A DNA stretch of 30,130 nucleotides, from the NCBI GenBank assembly GCA_049999805.1, contig JBNGIO010006281.1:170687-200816 (forward strand), read 5' to 3'. The DNA comes from Folioceros fuciformis (Eukaryota). How positions within the stretch are numbered: the first letter of the stretch is position 1; each line of letters starts with the position of its first letter. The translations under genes were made by a program, and so were the position numbers. Below the pieces are notes generated by a model. That model saw nothing but the letters and a program-made list of their open reading frames with translations, was not told where the DNA came from and searched no databases. Positions 11,701 through 22,063 of the stretch are shown piece by piece.

Positions 11701-13282
11701 AGACCCTTCTCACTTACGGAAGGAAGTAATGTTGTTCACCAAAGACGGACTAAAAGATAAGAAAGCAACCTCCAGCTGGTTGTCTGACTCGAATTGTTGG
11801 GCCTCCTCAACTGCCAACCGGCAGGTAGGAGGGTCAGACGCTTTTGTCTTTCCTTTGCGATTCTTCGCAGGTCTACCCTCCAAAACGTCTGCCTGCCTAA
11901 TCAGACGAGGGAGGTCACCGCTCTTGCTTACACGAGGCTTACTTTGCCGCTCCCCGTTGACAGGCTGTGATGGCCTTCGCTTGGAGTTCCCCCTCAGCTT
12001 GTCCTGTGACAAAAAGTTTCAATCACGGTCAAGAGAGCCGGATAACAGTGCAACAAAGCCAAACCAGCTGACGTAACGCACGTGGAAAAACGTCCAGTCA
12101 GACAGCATTCAGAATCACGACCATTTTGCGCAAGTAACACAATCCAGCTGAGTGAAAGAATTGAAGCGACGTGAGGAGGAATGGAAACACGGGAAGGGGA
12201 AATTCAGTTCTCCGCGCTGAGATGTAGCAAAGACTCTCGACGATACCACGCGGGAACACACAGAAAAAAATGATACCGCGCAACACAGGGTAAGATTCGA
12301 TTGACAGAGAGTGAAGAGGGATGCTGACCCCCATGAGTGAGTCTACAGCCATACGAAGAGTATGAACCGTTTGAAGAGCTTGGTCCATCTCCTGGCATCC
12401 TTGCTTCCACCTGTTGACAGCAAGCTCTCTCTCCATCTGTAGCAAGTCACACTCTTCTCTCAGAGCCTCCGCCTGTCCCCTCCAATGCTGCACCGAGTCC
12501 TCCTGACCTGGAGCGGACGCGTTGACAGGCAATTTCAAGGCACACTTGTTTCTATTGTTGCGGAGGCCTGAGGCTCCCGGAAATTCTTGTCGGCTGCGAG
12601 CCTCAATAGGGGCTCCCTCGTGAGCAGTCTGAAGGTCGTAGTCGAAGAGGTCTCCCCGCGAATTTACCATAAAGCGGTGGAAAACAACCCCATCCAAGGG
12701 ATCCATCTGACAGCTCCTACTGCTCCGTGATCGACACTGAACCAAACACTCTTCTACGGAATCCCTGCATAACTGTGGTGCCGACACTCTGATGGAGCGG
12801 CGAAAACTGGCTGCAGAAGTACGATCCTCTATGTCCAAGGACAGAGACTCCAAGGACTCCTCAAAGGTTGCCATACAAGCACAAGACTCGAGAGCAGTCC
12901 GAAAGGAAGGAGAGTCCAGGTCCTCACCCCGCTCCGACACGGCGTCACCGAAATAATTCACCTGGTCCGAATGCCACAAAACCCTATCCCGCTTCAACAG
13001 CCAGTTGAACTTTCCCTTATGCCCGCCTGAGTCATCACTCAATTCGGCACTGCCGGACTCCAGCTGGGGCAACGACAAATCTGTTGCACCGCCTCCCGAT
13101 TGGACACAAGGCTCGGCCTCTCCGCAGGTCCGAGCAAACTCATCCTGGTCGGGCACAGATTCAACCTCCTCTGGCAAGACCGCGGCCTTGCACTTCCTGC
13201 TACCGAGAAGACGAGGTCTGGACACTTTGACAGTTTGCTTGTCTCTAACGGATCGAGTCCCATCCAATCTACACTGGCTCAT
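8788..13282 (-). CDS. Large uncharacterised coiled-coil protein (~1246 aa; 1268 aa if the ATG at 13348 is used)
   Basis: Minus-strand exons 13282-12329, 12003-11770, 11617-11492, 11391-11278, 11186-10920, 10833-8788 joined by phase-0 GT-AG introns. Helical blocks WRGQAEALREECDLLQMERELA and ENEQWSQVQEILHHVSEDMRNLSESCAEWEERAL recall a plant coiled-coil family (WRFQxEMLRxECNLLR / EQWSQMQEML motifs, from memory, unverified). The C-terminal region is long and S/R/K/P-rich. The start codon and the smaller internal exons are less certain, and the upstream region is cut by the N gap. Confidence 0.78.
10552..10818 (-). repeat. Three tandem 31-aa (93-nt) coding repeats in the coiled-coil gene
   Basis: AEQRVCELESCLDSMRASATQHAVWESRATL / AEQRVSELESTLLDLRATADRADEWKSRTEI / AEQKVRDLESGMSHLRATVEQ (third copy partial). 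Confidence 0.85.
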
Positions 13283-13453
13283 TTTGGGCTCAGAGTAGTT
13301 GGCAGAGAGCTTGAAAAGCGCTACAGCCAGGGAGAAGAGTTCATTCATGAGTTCCAGGACCGCACACTGCGATCGCTGGACGCACACAGGCACGCAAGCT
13401 GGAAGACGATACCTCAAAGCCGACAGAGAAAAACAATCAGACCCCCCCCGCTC

Positions 13454-13553
13454 NNNNNNNNNNNNNNNNNNNNNNNNNNNNNNNNNNNNNNNNNNNNNNN
13501 NNNNNNNNNNNNNNNNNNNNNNNNNNNNNNNNNNNNNNNNNNNNNNNNNNNNN
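13454..13553. other. Assembly gap (100 N)
   Basis: Run of exactly 100 N, a usual placeholder for a gap of unknown size. It is flanked by a poly-C run and GC-rich sequence. Confidence 0.99.
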
Positions 13554-14016
13554 AAGCCCGCCCGCGAGCGAGGCGGAGGGGATAGCCGGACCGGAATTCA
13601 GCTGGACGCAGGAACGAACTGGTGGCGCATCTATGAGGACACTGACCTCGGGCTCATCTGCAAGCTGAAGAAGTAGGCGGTGCGACCGTGTGGCAGCGGT
13701 AGGCTGTAGGTTGCAGCCTGCAGCGCCATTACTCCCTCGAGACCCAGGTGATCCGGTGTGGGCCACAGCGTCTCCTCCCCGCTGCGGGCTGCATTCAATG
13801 TGGACCCGTCCAAATCGAGGCTATCGCCAAAGCTCCGACCCTCTCTCTACCGAGGTCCCGGTGTGGAGTGCGACTCAATGCAATCCGTCTTCCGGCTCCA
13901 GGCTCCAGCCTGCGGCCCGACCAAGCAACAAAGGGGAAGCAAACGAGCGAAGAGCGGAGGCAGCGCCTGCAGCAGCTGTCCGCCAGGCCGGGCAGCGCAA
14001 TTTGAAAAAAGCCCCT

Positions 14017-14037
14017 GCCCGCTGCCCGCTGCCCGCT
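14017..14037 (+). repeat. Short tandem repeat (GCCCGCT)3
   Basis: gcccgctgcccgctgcccgct seen directly. Confidence 0.8.
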
Positions 14038-14585
14038 GCTGTGCTTGATTTTCGGGATGTTTCGACGTTGTTGCACAAGCATAAGTACAGAGGCGGACTT
14101 GATGTACAAAGGTACCAGCGGGCTATCGACGTGGGGTGGGGGGCCCAGCAGCTTTCACGGCAGGTCCAGGAGCATCATGGCGTCTCCACCAGGCCTCGTC
14201 ATGAGCCTGCGGGTTTTTGAACCAGCAAATGATGCACAAGGATTTCAAAACGGGATCCCTTCTTCCCACATTTCCACAACTCACGTTCCCATAATGCCCA
14301 CAAATTCTTCACACTCCACGCCCTGCCCACCGGGCAGGCCTGCCCTGCCCAAGCTACCCGTAGCCTTCCCCAGCCCCCGTGGCCGGGCAGCTTTCCCAGT
14401 CCCGACCGAATGGGGCCTGGCCTTCCTTCAGCCGCTTTGGCTCTAACCCCAAGGCGCGCCGGGACCCAAATATGCAAAGCCAATGGGACACGAAGCTTGA
14501 TATTCGTGGCCGTTTCCAATCATTCGAGGAAAGCGTCTGGGTCTCGAGGCGTCCACGGCCCACTCATCTCCTCGCCCTTGCTCTT

Positions 14586-14609
14586 CCACGCCACGCCACG
14601 CCACGCCAC
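14586..14609 (+). repeat. Microsatellite (CCACG)4+
   Basis: ccacgccacgccacgccacgccac seen directly. Confidence 0.85.
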
Positions 14610-17047
14610 CACTTCCTCGCACCTTTATCACCAGATCTTCATATCGTCCCCTATCAATTCCCTGACTGTAACACGCCAACATCGAACAGCCCGATCGGCG
14701 TGGCCCCAAATTTGACGCTTCGTTCCCCCCAACTGACACTTGGAAACACTCTCCACCTTCCATCCCAAGTTTGGCTGTGAGAAATTATCGGCACCAGGCA
14801 GGCAATCCCTTCTATCTACATTCCGTCGCAAAAGGCGCCGACGCTGTCTATTACCATGGCTGTCGCACCGCTAGGGTTCGCGGCACGTTGAGCACCTGTC
14901 TTACCCCATTGGCTCACGGACACGACAACATTCATTTCTTGCAGAGTCCGCTAATAGGGTTACTGTCGCACTTGTGTGTATGTTCCTTGCGGAGGAGTTG
15001 CTTAATGGAGGATTCCTTTGTTGCTGGCCATTAGGGCCTGTGCCTGTGTGGAGGTCTGCAGCAAGAAAAGTTGTGGCTTATTGGAGAGAGTCAAAGGCAG
15101 GTTAGGTTGCCTTGACGATTATGCGCGCCAAATTGGAAGACTGAACACGTACAAACTTCCTTGAATGCAGCCATTACCACTGTAAGCTTCTACTCTATCC
15201 TGCAAACCAATGCTTGGTAATTGAATACACAATCGTATGATTTGAGTTTAGTTGTTGTAAAGAGTAATTATGTCGCCGTCACCTCTCTCGGGCTACGGTT
15301 GCAAGGGGGGAAATTCCAGGCTTGGACCGTTTGGGCGGAATCCGCCCCGTTGGGGCCACATCCTGTTCGTGAAGTTGGTGCACGAGCACACGCTTCTGCT
15401 CAGTTCCTTTTTTTGGCTTGCAACTGACAGACAGTAAAGGACGCTTCCCAAGTCGTCACAAGGCTGTGCTTCCTGGGTGACCGTGCAAGGGGTGCAGCTT
15501 GGCAAACTTGAAACCATCGAGTAGGTTCAAGCTGGTGTGTTGGCTCATAGGGTTCAGCCCCATTTATTTGTTTTAAATATTGCTTGGAGGGACATGCTGG
15601 CAAAGCTTGGCTGCTCGGATGGCGCTCCAAAAGGTGTTCGACGTTCCTCGCAAAAAGGCGTGTTCACCTTAAATGCTATGGCAGGCAACTATACTCAGCA
15701 GGGCGTATGTGAGGCAGGCGGTGATCTTTACAGTTGTACGCAACCAAAAGCCATGGCTGAACATAGAACCTGATGCTGGGACAGTGGCTGCCTCGCTCAT
15801 ACATGTGGATGCGTGTGCCTATGCCAACTTTGGCGAGGAAAGCAGTTTCATGGACAGATTCCACCGGAACTGCTTCAGGCTAATCTGGCTGTAGCCAACA
15901 GTATAGGATAGACATCCATGCAAAGTCTGGGTGCCAAGAGGATTCCCAAGTCGTATATGCTGAAGCACTTGCTAAAAAGAATGTCGTGACCTCGCCAGAT
16001 CTTACTCCTACAGCATCCTGTTACTGTTGCAGGTGACTCACAGTTGTCTGCCCTCTGCGGGCATTGTCGTTGTGGACAGCTGCTCGTGGAACAGGGGAAG
16101 CACCTCATGCTCAAGGCGGACCAGCGTCTTCAACCTGACGTGTTGGTTCCAACCATTTGATTAAAATGTTTGCAAAGCAGTGCATCTGGGACGATACTCC
16201 AAGACTGTCCAACAGGCTTCCTCACGTGGACGGCGCTGTGCAAGGCTTTTCCTCTTGCCGTTCAGAGGAAGCCAGACCCTGTTACAGGCTTCCTTATGTG
16301 AACAGTGGTGTGTAAAGTCTTGCATTTGGCGTGCTATAGAAGCCAGTCTTTGGTACAGCCTTCCCCATATGAACCGTGCTGTGCAAGGTGTTTATCTTGG
16401 TCTTCAAGAGGGGCAAGAATTTGTTGCAAGTCAGAGCAGGTAAGCTTTCGGCGCGCACACCGATCGGGGCCCAAAAGCTTACCCTCACCGCGATACAGTT
16501 CCACCCTAAGACTAGACCATCAGTGCAGAGAAACAAACACGAGGGCGCGAGCGCGAGCTCAAGGCACCACTGCTCCTACTGTGTGGCATTTGACCGTGTG
16601 CCTCCTGCACAGCTCCAATCAAGTGCCTCCTTGGACTGTCTTTTCTGTGGACAATCCGGGGAGACGGAAGCACAATTGTGCTTGTGGGCATCTGGTGATA
16701 AGTTTCCACCCTAAATTTGGGAACATAATGGAACCTCAGAAACGTACCATCCTCCTGGACATGTTGCTTTTTTGTGCATTCATGAACTTACTCGCCATTT
16801 CTCAACCGATTAGTTGTGAAAAGGTAATTAGATAGTTATATGAATTCCTTTAAAATATTATTGATAAAAATACCAGTGGACTTTTCCAAAATCATTTTTA
16901 CAATGAGGCTTTCATTTATGTATATACCGGTCTTTCCTAGGTGTTAGTACAGACGGTCAAGTTGAAGCTTCTCGACTGGGCCGAGAGCTTCAAGGAACTT
17001 GCCGGTCACACGCTCGCCTATGGCCATGGTTGCCGCCCGCGCAGCTC

Positions 17048-17053
17048 TATATA
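17048..17053 (+). promoter_or_regulatory. Possible TATA box of the AN1 zinc-finger gene
   Basis: TATATA in otherwise GC-rich sequence ~170 nt upstream of the ATG at 17223. No transcription-start data are available. Confidence 0.3.
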
Positions 17054-17222
17054 TGGGTGTTGATGGACACAAAAAACCTATCGCTGGGATCTCTTCTGGT
17101 CAGCTGAGTCTAGCCTGGAACAGCAGATCGCTTCTGTGCATCCCGTACCGTCCTGGACAAGAGAGATTGGCACGGGTCTTGAGAGGTTGCTGAGATCACA
17201 GCCAGGTTGGTGTGACGACGAC

Positions 17223-18212
17223 ATGGGAACGCCGGCGTTTCCTAATCTCGGAGAGCACTGCGACTTTTCCGAGTGCAACCTCATCGATTTCCTTCCCTTC
17301 AGCTGTGACCGTTGCGAAAAGGCATGAATCTTTCCACCCTCGTCGTGTATGTTCTGGGGCAGGGGATGCTAGGGCTTTCCTACTGGTTGTGTGTGGATGC
17401 GGACTTCGAGTTGGTCTGTAGACGTGAAACCCTAATGTTTCTGTTTTGCTAACGGGAGTGCAGGGAGAGTTTGCCAGTGCGGATTGACTTGAAGTGTGCC
17501 TGCTCTTGTCGGCATCACCCGGTGGTCTAACAATTGGAGGTGTACGCAGGTTTTCTGCCTGGATCACCGAAGCTATGTCTCCCATGACTGTCCGAAGGGA
17601 AACGTGCACGATGTCACGGTTTTAGTGTGCCCGATGTGCGCCAAGTCGGTGAGACTGGTTCCTGGTGAAGACCCGAATATCACTTGGGACCGGCATGTCA
17701 AAACTAGTTGTGATCCGAGAAATTATGCAAAGGTCGAGAAGCCAAGGTGTCCCGTTCCGATGTGCAAGGAAATGCTCACTATCTCCAACAAGTTTCAGTG
17801 CAAGAGCTGTAGGCGGGAAGTGTGTATGAAGCACAGGTTTGGGCTGGATCATAATTGTGCAAGCTTCATAAATGCTGATAGGGCCAAGAGCTGGTACAAC
17901 TTCTCGTCGAGATCAAGCCAGGGAGCTCGTAGTTCGCAGCCTGCGACATCCAGTTGGTCCAGCGCGTTCTCATCTATCAAATCATCTGCAGAAGCTGGGC
18001 TTTCGAAGCTGAGTTTGTCGGCCGACGAGCTTGTCAAGTCAGTGAAGGGCAGTGCCAGCAAAGTGCAGAATCAATACCTATCGTCTAGTGGACGAAATGT
18101 GTCTTCTGCCGCAGAGATATGTCCTCAATGCAAGGCTCAATTTCGGACAGTGGGAGAGTTGATTGAACATGTGGAGACGTCCCATTCGCGCAGACCTGTC
18201 CAACCATGTTAG
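17223..18212 (+). CDS. AN1-AN1-C2H2 zinc-finger stress-associated protein (SAP11/SAP13-like), 253 aa
   Basis: Exon 1 17223-17321 encodes [33 protein letters not shown]. Exon 2 17550-18212 encodes [17 protein letters not shown]...[27 protein letters not shown]...[37 protein letters not shown] and a C2H2 finger [22 protein letters not shown]. Intron 17322-17549 has a GC donor. Confidence 0.93.
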
Positions 18213-19017
18213 TCTGTTTCTTCCTCTGTAGAGTCTGCGAACCGTCTGTCACCTTGATTCTTGTGCTGAGATTTCGCACCAGGGTAGATGTACATACAGT
18301 CTGCCTACCCCATGTATTTTGTTGTTACAGAACGACCCTGAGGAACGTCAAAAGCCAGTGATGTTGGGAGACACAGTCATTGTTTATTCATCATTTATGA
18401 TAAGTGTATGGGACAAGGAACTTAAAGCTCCAGGCACTTTGTACGTTTATCCACCTGGACTGCCAGGAAGTCTTCTGCGGTCGTTGTGACCATGTAACAC
18501 GTCACACTCCTGCACTTGTTTGCAAGATTAGTAGGGAAAATGACGGAAAAATGGAGGGTAATGTGGATCCCAGAGTATCATATGAACCAGAATCTCGCTT
18601 TCCCCTGGGTTCTCGAGCCAGAGCGAAGGCTGACCATGCTTCTTGCTGAACTTCTATTTTGAAGTGTCTCCTCTTTGGATCACCAAAGAGTATCTGATGA
18701 CAAACGAAACCATTCTCTGCACTACTTCTATTGTTGGATTCACGAGTTGTGAATGGATGAGAAGTATGTACATATCTTGGTTCACGAGTGGTGAACCGAA
18801 CACAGGTAGCTGCAGTACATCATTCGCATGCTGTGAATGCTACGAGGCACATACAAGCAGCGAAGTAAAAGTAACTCCGGGAGAGAGAGGCTTCAAGCGC
18901 AGCGAGCTGCTGCGAGGTGGCCTCCTCCTCTTCTCCGGCAAAAAAGACTTTCGAAGCCCTTTCGATCCCGACGAATGTTCTCCTATCTACAAGTATACAC
19001 ATCTGCTGCGCGGGTAT

Positions 19018-19664
19018 CTAACTCTCGTCCCTCCCTTCACAAAGCAGGTCTCCCCCCTGGAGCAGCTGACATTTCACCTCCGATGCGTCCAGGTAATGAA
19101 GCCAGGAACCTGTAGCGTTGAGAAGAAGTGCCCTGCTCGCCTCCCGCTGCTGGATGCAGCTCTGCCTGCAGAAAGTGAGCCGTGTTCGTGACAAGCGGAA
19201 GACGCTCACAGACTACACCATTCCATGAAATGAAGAAATACATCCCCACGGGCTCACCTTTGCTGAAGCGCCGAAGGGTGGAAATGCGGGCCTTCATCAT
19301 AGCCCTCACACATGATCTCGCCGCTTCCTGTCCGGTAGCATACTATCCCGTGGCTGCTGTCCTCAAACACCTGCACAGTCACCACCCGCGGCAGCGTAAG
19401 CGCAAACACAGCAGCAACAAGAATTCACCGGCGCATGCATATCAGAAGATTCTGCCAACTCCGTTGCGCTCTTGCCTTCTTGTTGCAGGGTGTGCTCACG
19501 CCTGGTGTTGCAGCTGCACTGGTGTTGAGGGAAGCGTTCGTCCTCACGATTGGGGGCAGGCGTGTCACAATTCTGGCAACCGGCGTCCGCTTCCCAAGCC
19601 CACGCCCTGCCGCACATCCGGGCGCTGTGCATCGAAGAACAGCGGGTGTGGCTGTCGTCGCCAT
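19018..19664 (-). CDS. Small uncharacterised, probably plastid-targeted protein (141 aa) with two C-x9-CEGxDE motifs
   Basis: Exons 19664-19500, 19370-19258, 19165-19018 with GTGAGC donors and TGCAG acceptors (phases 0 and 2). Start context cacATGGCG. Exon 1 is A/T/R/P-rich with no acidic residues, like a transit peptide. Exon 2 reads VFEDSSHGIVCYRTGSGEIMCEGYDEGPHF. Exon 3 ends EVKCQLLQGGDLLCEGRDES*. Confidence 0.8.
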
Positions 19665-20984
19665 GTGCCTAGCCTGGGCCGACGGAGGAGGGGAAGTGTC
19701 GCGATTTCTCCTGCTTGGCGGCAGATTGCAAAAGTGGTAAAGCGGCTGTGGCGTGTACCTTGCCTGCCTCCCCTCCTAGGCCTTGTTATAATCGTGCCCA
19801 CCGTCCCCGGTATTATCGCCAATCGGGAGAGCAGACTGGACGGAAAGGGGCAGATTTTCTTCCGGGCATAATAAATTGAAAGCATAGCGGCACTGGTGGC
19901 ATGACAACAGGGCCTGCTGACGTGAAAGTGTCTTGGGCTTTTAAGATAAGGTAGATTCTCTCCCCAAGAGGATTCGGGTCTGGCCTATAATGTCCCGGAG
20001 AAGCAATAGCGTCTTCCTTGCTGCTGTACCTAGCTTGCTCTGGCATCTTAGCTCAACGGATATTCGCCACTTGCACTGTGGATGGGCGATGAGAATTTGC
20101 TCTCAAACCGTGACGTGAATAAAAGCACTCATCGACTGGTCAGCCTTGGATATCACCTGGCGTGCAACAAGCGGTTGGCCACTAGAAAGGCAGAACCCAC
20201 TTGAAACCTCAACAACACTTGGAAGGAAAAGCATTTTCCGTCTCGATCATTGGAGAGAAATGTCCCACCTTCCTGGAGCATGACTCTACGGCATGCCGAC
20301 ATTGCAAGCTGGTGAGGGTGACATCAGCTCAAGTGCCGTCAGCTCAAGTGACATGAAGAGCTCAAGTGGCAGCTACTGACTCGCCAAGATGAGCGACCAT
20401 CGGCTGCAGTGAAAGAACGGCAAAGCCAGGTTATCGCTTACCACGACTTACAGGGACAAAGCACTGAGACCTGAGCCTGAGCAACAGGCCTGGCCTGACC
20501 TGATTATGAAGGGTTGCTGGGAATAAGTACGTTTGTACACAGGAAGGTAATCGAGACGTGGGCTGCCACCAGTAAGCTCATGGAGGCCGGAAGACGTCTG
20601 TCCTTCAGTTTATCCTCATCACATTCGGAAGGAATGCGGGCCCTGGACATCAAGGAGACAGCCCTCAGCCGCTCCCCTTCTGACCTTGCTCACGGAATGA
20701 GCGTAAGTCACAAGGAAGCCAGCATGGCATTGTTGCATGTTCTTGCACTATGTTCTGGCAGTGCCAGGGCATGGAACATGACAACGTCTCCGGGGACAGG
20801 ACATAAGCAGCAGCAATCCCAAATTTCCAGGCTCGGCGGCTGCAAAGGCATCCTGGCCATTGCCCGCACATTCTCAGCATGTGTGAAGGGCAGTACCACG
20901 GCTTGGTATTACTCTCCTCGTCCACATCCCGACAGCTGCCTCAATTGCCGGGAGATCGTGAAGAGCATAATATTTTATTGAAGG

Positions 20985-21005
20985 AAGAGAAGAGAAGAGA
21001 AGAGA
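20985..21005 (+). repeat. (AAGAG)n purine microsatellite
   Basis: aagagaagagaagagaagaga seen directly. Confidence 0.8.
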
Positions 21006-22063
21006 TGGAAACTCCATCTTTGTAGAGGGCTACCTACTCCACTACCCCAGCAACCCGCATTTGCCATAGCTCTTTGCAAAGGTATCCAGACTTGTTGTCA
21101 AAAAATAAGGGCACCAGTAAGGAAAGGGAGAGTTTCCCACTAAGCAAAAGGGGGGGGACTGTGTGATAGCCTTTCCAAAGATGAAGCCTGTGCACAATCC
21201 TTGAATAGTCTAAGAGTGCCTTCAACCGCCTGGTGAAGAAATGGCTGCGGATTTCAAGAGCGTAGGTTTGATTTTCAAGCAAGGATGTTCAAAAGGTTCT
21301 CAAAACCATAGAAAAGAAGCAAAAGATTTGGAGGTTCCTCCTACTTACAGTTTTGGTAATATCCTCATGTACTGTACGCACAGTATGCGCAGAGCCTGGG
21401 ACTGACAAAATACAACAATGGTCGATGGCTGATTCGTTGATGGCCAGGCCAACCTCCAGAAAGGAAGTTGCAAACCTAAACATGGAAACGGACAGCGTAT
21501 GACTAGATTGCTTGTCAGACAGCTTGCCGCGCCTGACAATTCTGACACAGCAATCGCGGAGAAGCGCGCAGAACAAGGTGGGAACTACGGCGCGTGAGCA
21601 AAGCAGCTGCTGAGGTCCCGCCCCGCTGGCCTATCTGCCAAAGCGAAGCCTCGGCCACTTACTCCCGAGTCTCGACTGTCTCGTTCCTACAGGGTCGGTC
21701 CTCGAGCTCGGGAATTTCCTTGTCCATGGTCTCCGGAGTTTGGACGGGGAGTTAGCATGATTTTAGAGCTGCCTTTTTATATTTAGTTCCAGCTCCGCAC
21801 TCGGAATTGTGTTCCAGAGCAGGCATGCACGTTCCTGCGAGGCCACGAGGTCGTTTCACGGGGCGGCTCCGGTCTCTGATTCCCGGCTGAATTTTAGGGG
21901 GCTCACCAATCTTACACCTGATGTGCACCTGTGGAGCGCTTGGAAACGTACCGGCGTTGGAACGCGCCACCGCTGAAGAAGATGAGTGAGAATCCTTGGT
22001 GGCGGTAGGATTGCCTGGTGTGGAGCGGGCTCACGCTACTGTCGAAGCTCTTGGCCTTGGACC

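Noticed and set aside
11712-11717. Strong minus-strand GTAAGT donor as the end of the coiled-coil gene's exon 2
   Set aside because: It would be phase 1 and incompatible with the phase-0 acceptor at 11618. The donor at 11769 preserves the frame.
13690-14780. Overlapping GC-rich ORFs of 100-176 aa, including a minus-strand LLDLP*KLL stretch faintly like an F-box start
   Set aside because: Long ORFs are expected by chance at high GC. There is no consistent splice model, and the F-box resemblance is too short and interrupted by a stop.
15500-16835. Possible decayed gene or transposon fragment
   Set aside because: Short ORFs in several frames with no recognisable RT, integrase, transposase or host-gene motif, and no terminal repeats seen.
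18208-18420. Extra terminal exon of the SAP gene with a second C2H2 finger
   Set aside because: Splicing from GTTAGT at 18208 to the nearby acceptors gives an immediate or near-immediate stop, and no C2H2 pattern lies downstream.
20326-20368. CRISPR-like repeat array
   Set aside because: Repeats are only 10 nt with 5-8 nt spacers, the context is eukaryotic, and there are no cas genes.
21663-21713. Imperfect inverted repeat (tcccgag-t-ctcga ... tcgagctcggga) as a miRNA precursor or MITE
   Set aside because: The stem is only ~12 bp, and I recognised no conserved plant miRNA sequence or target-site duplication.
21986-22063. GTG-initiated N-terminal extension of DEG15
   Set aside because: Non-ATG start in a eukaryotic gene. 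The ATG at 22064 has good context and lies just upstream of where family similarity begins.
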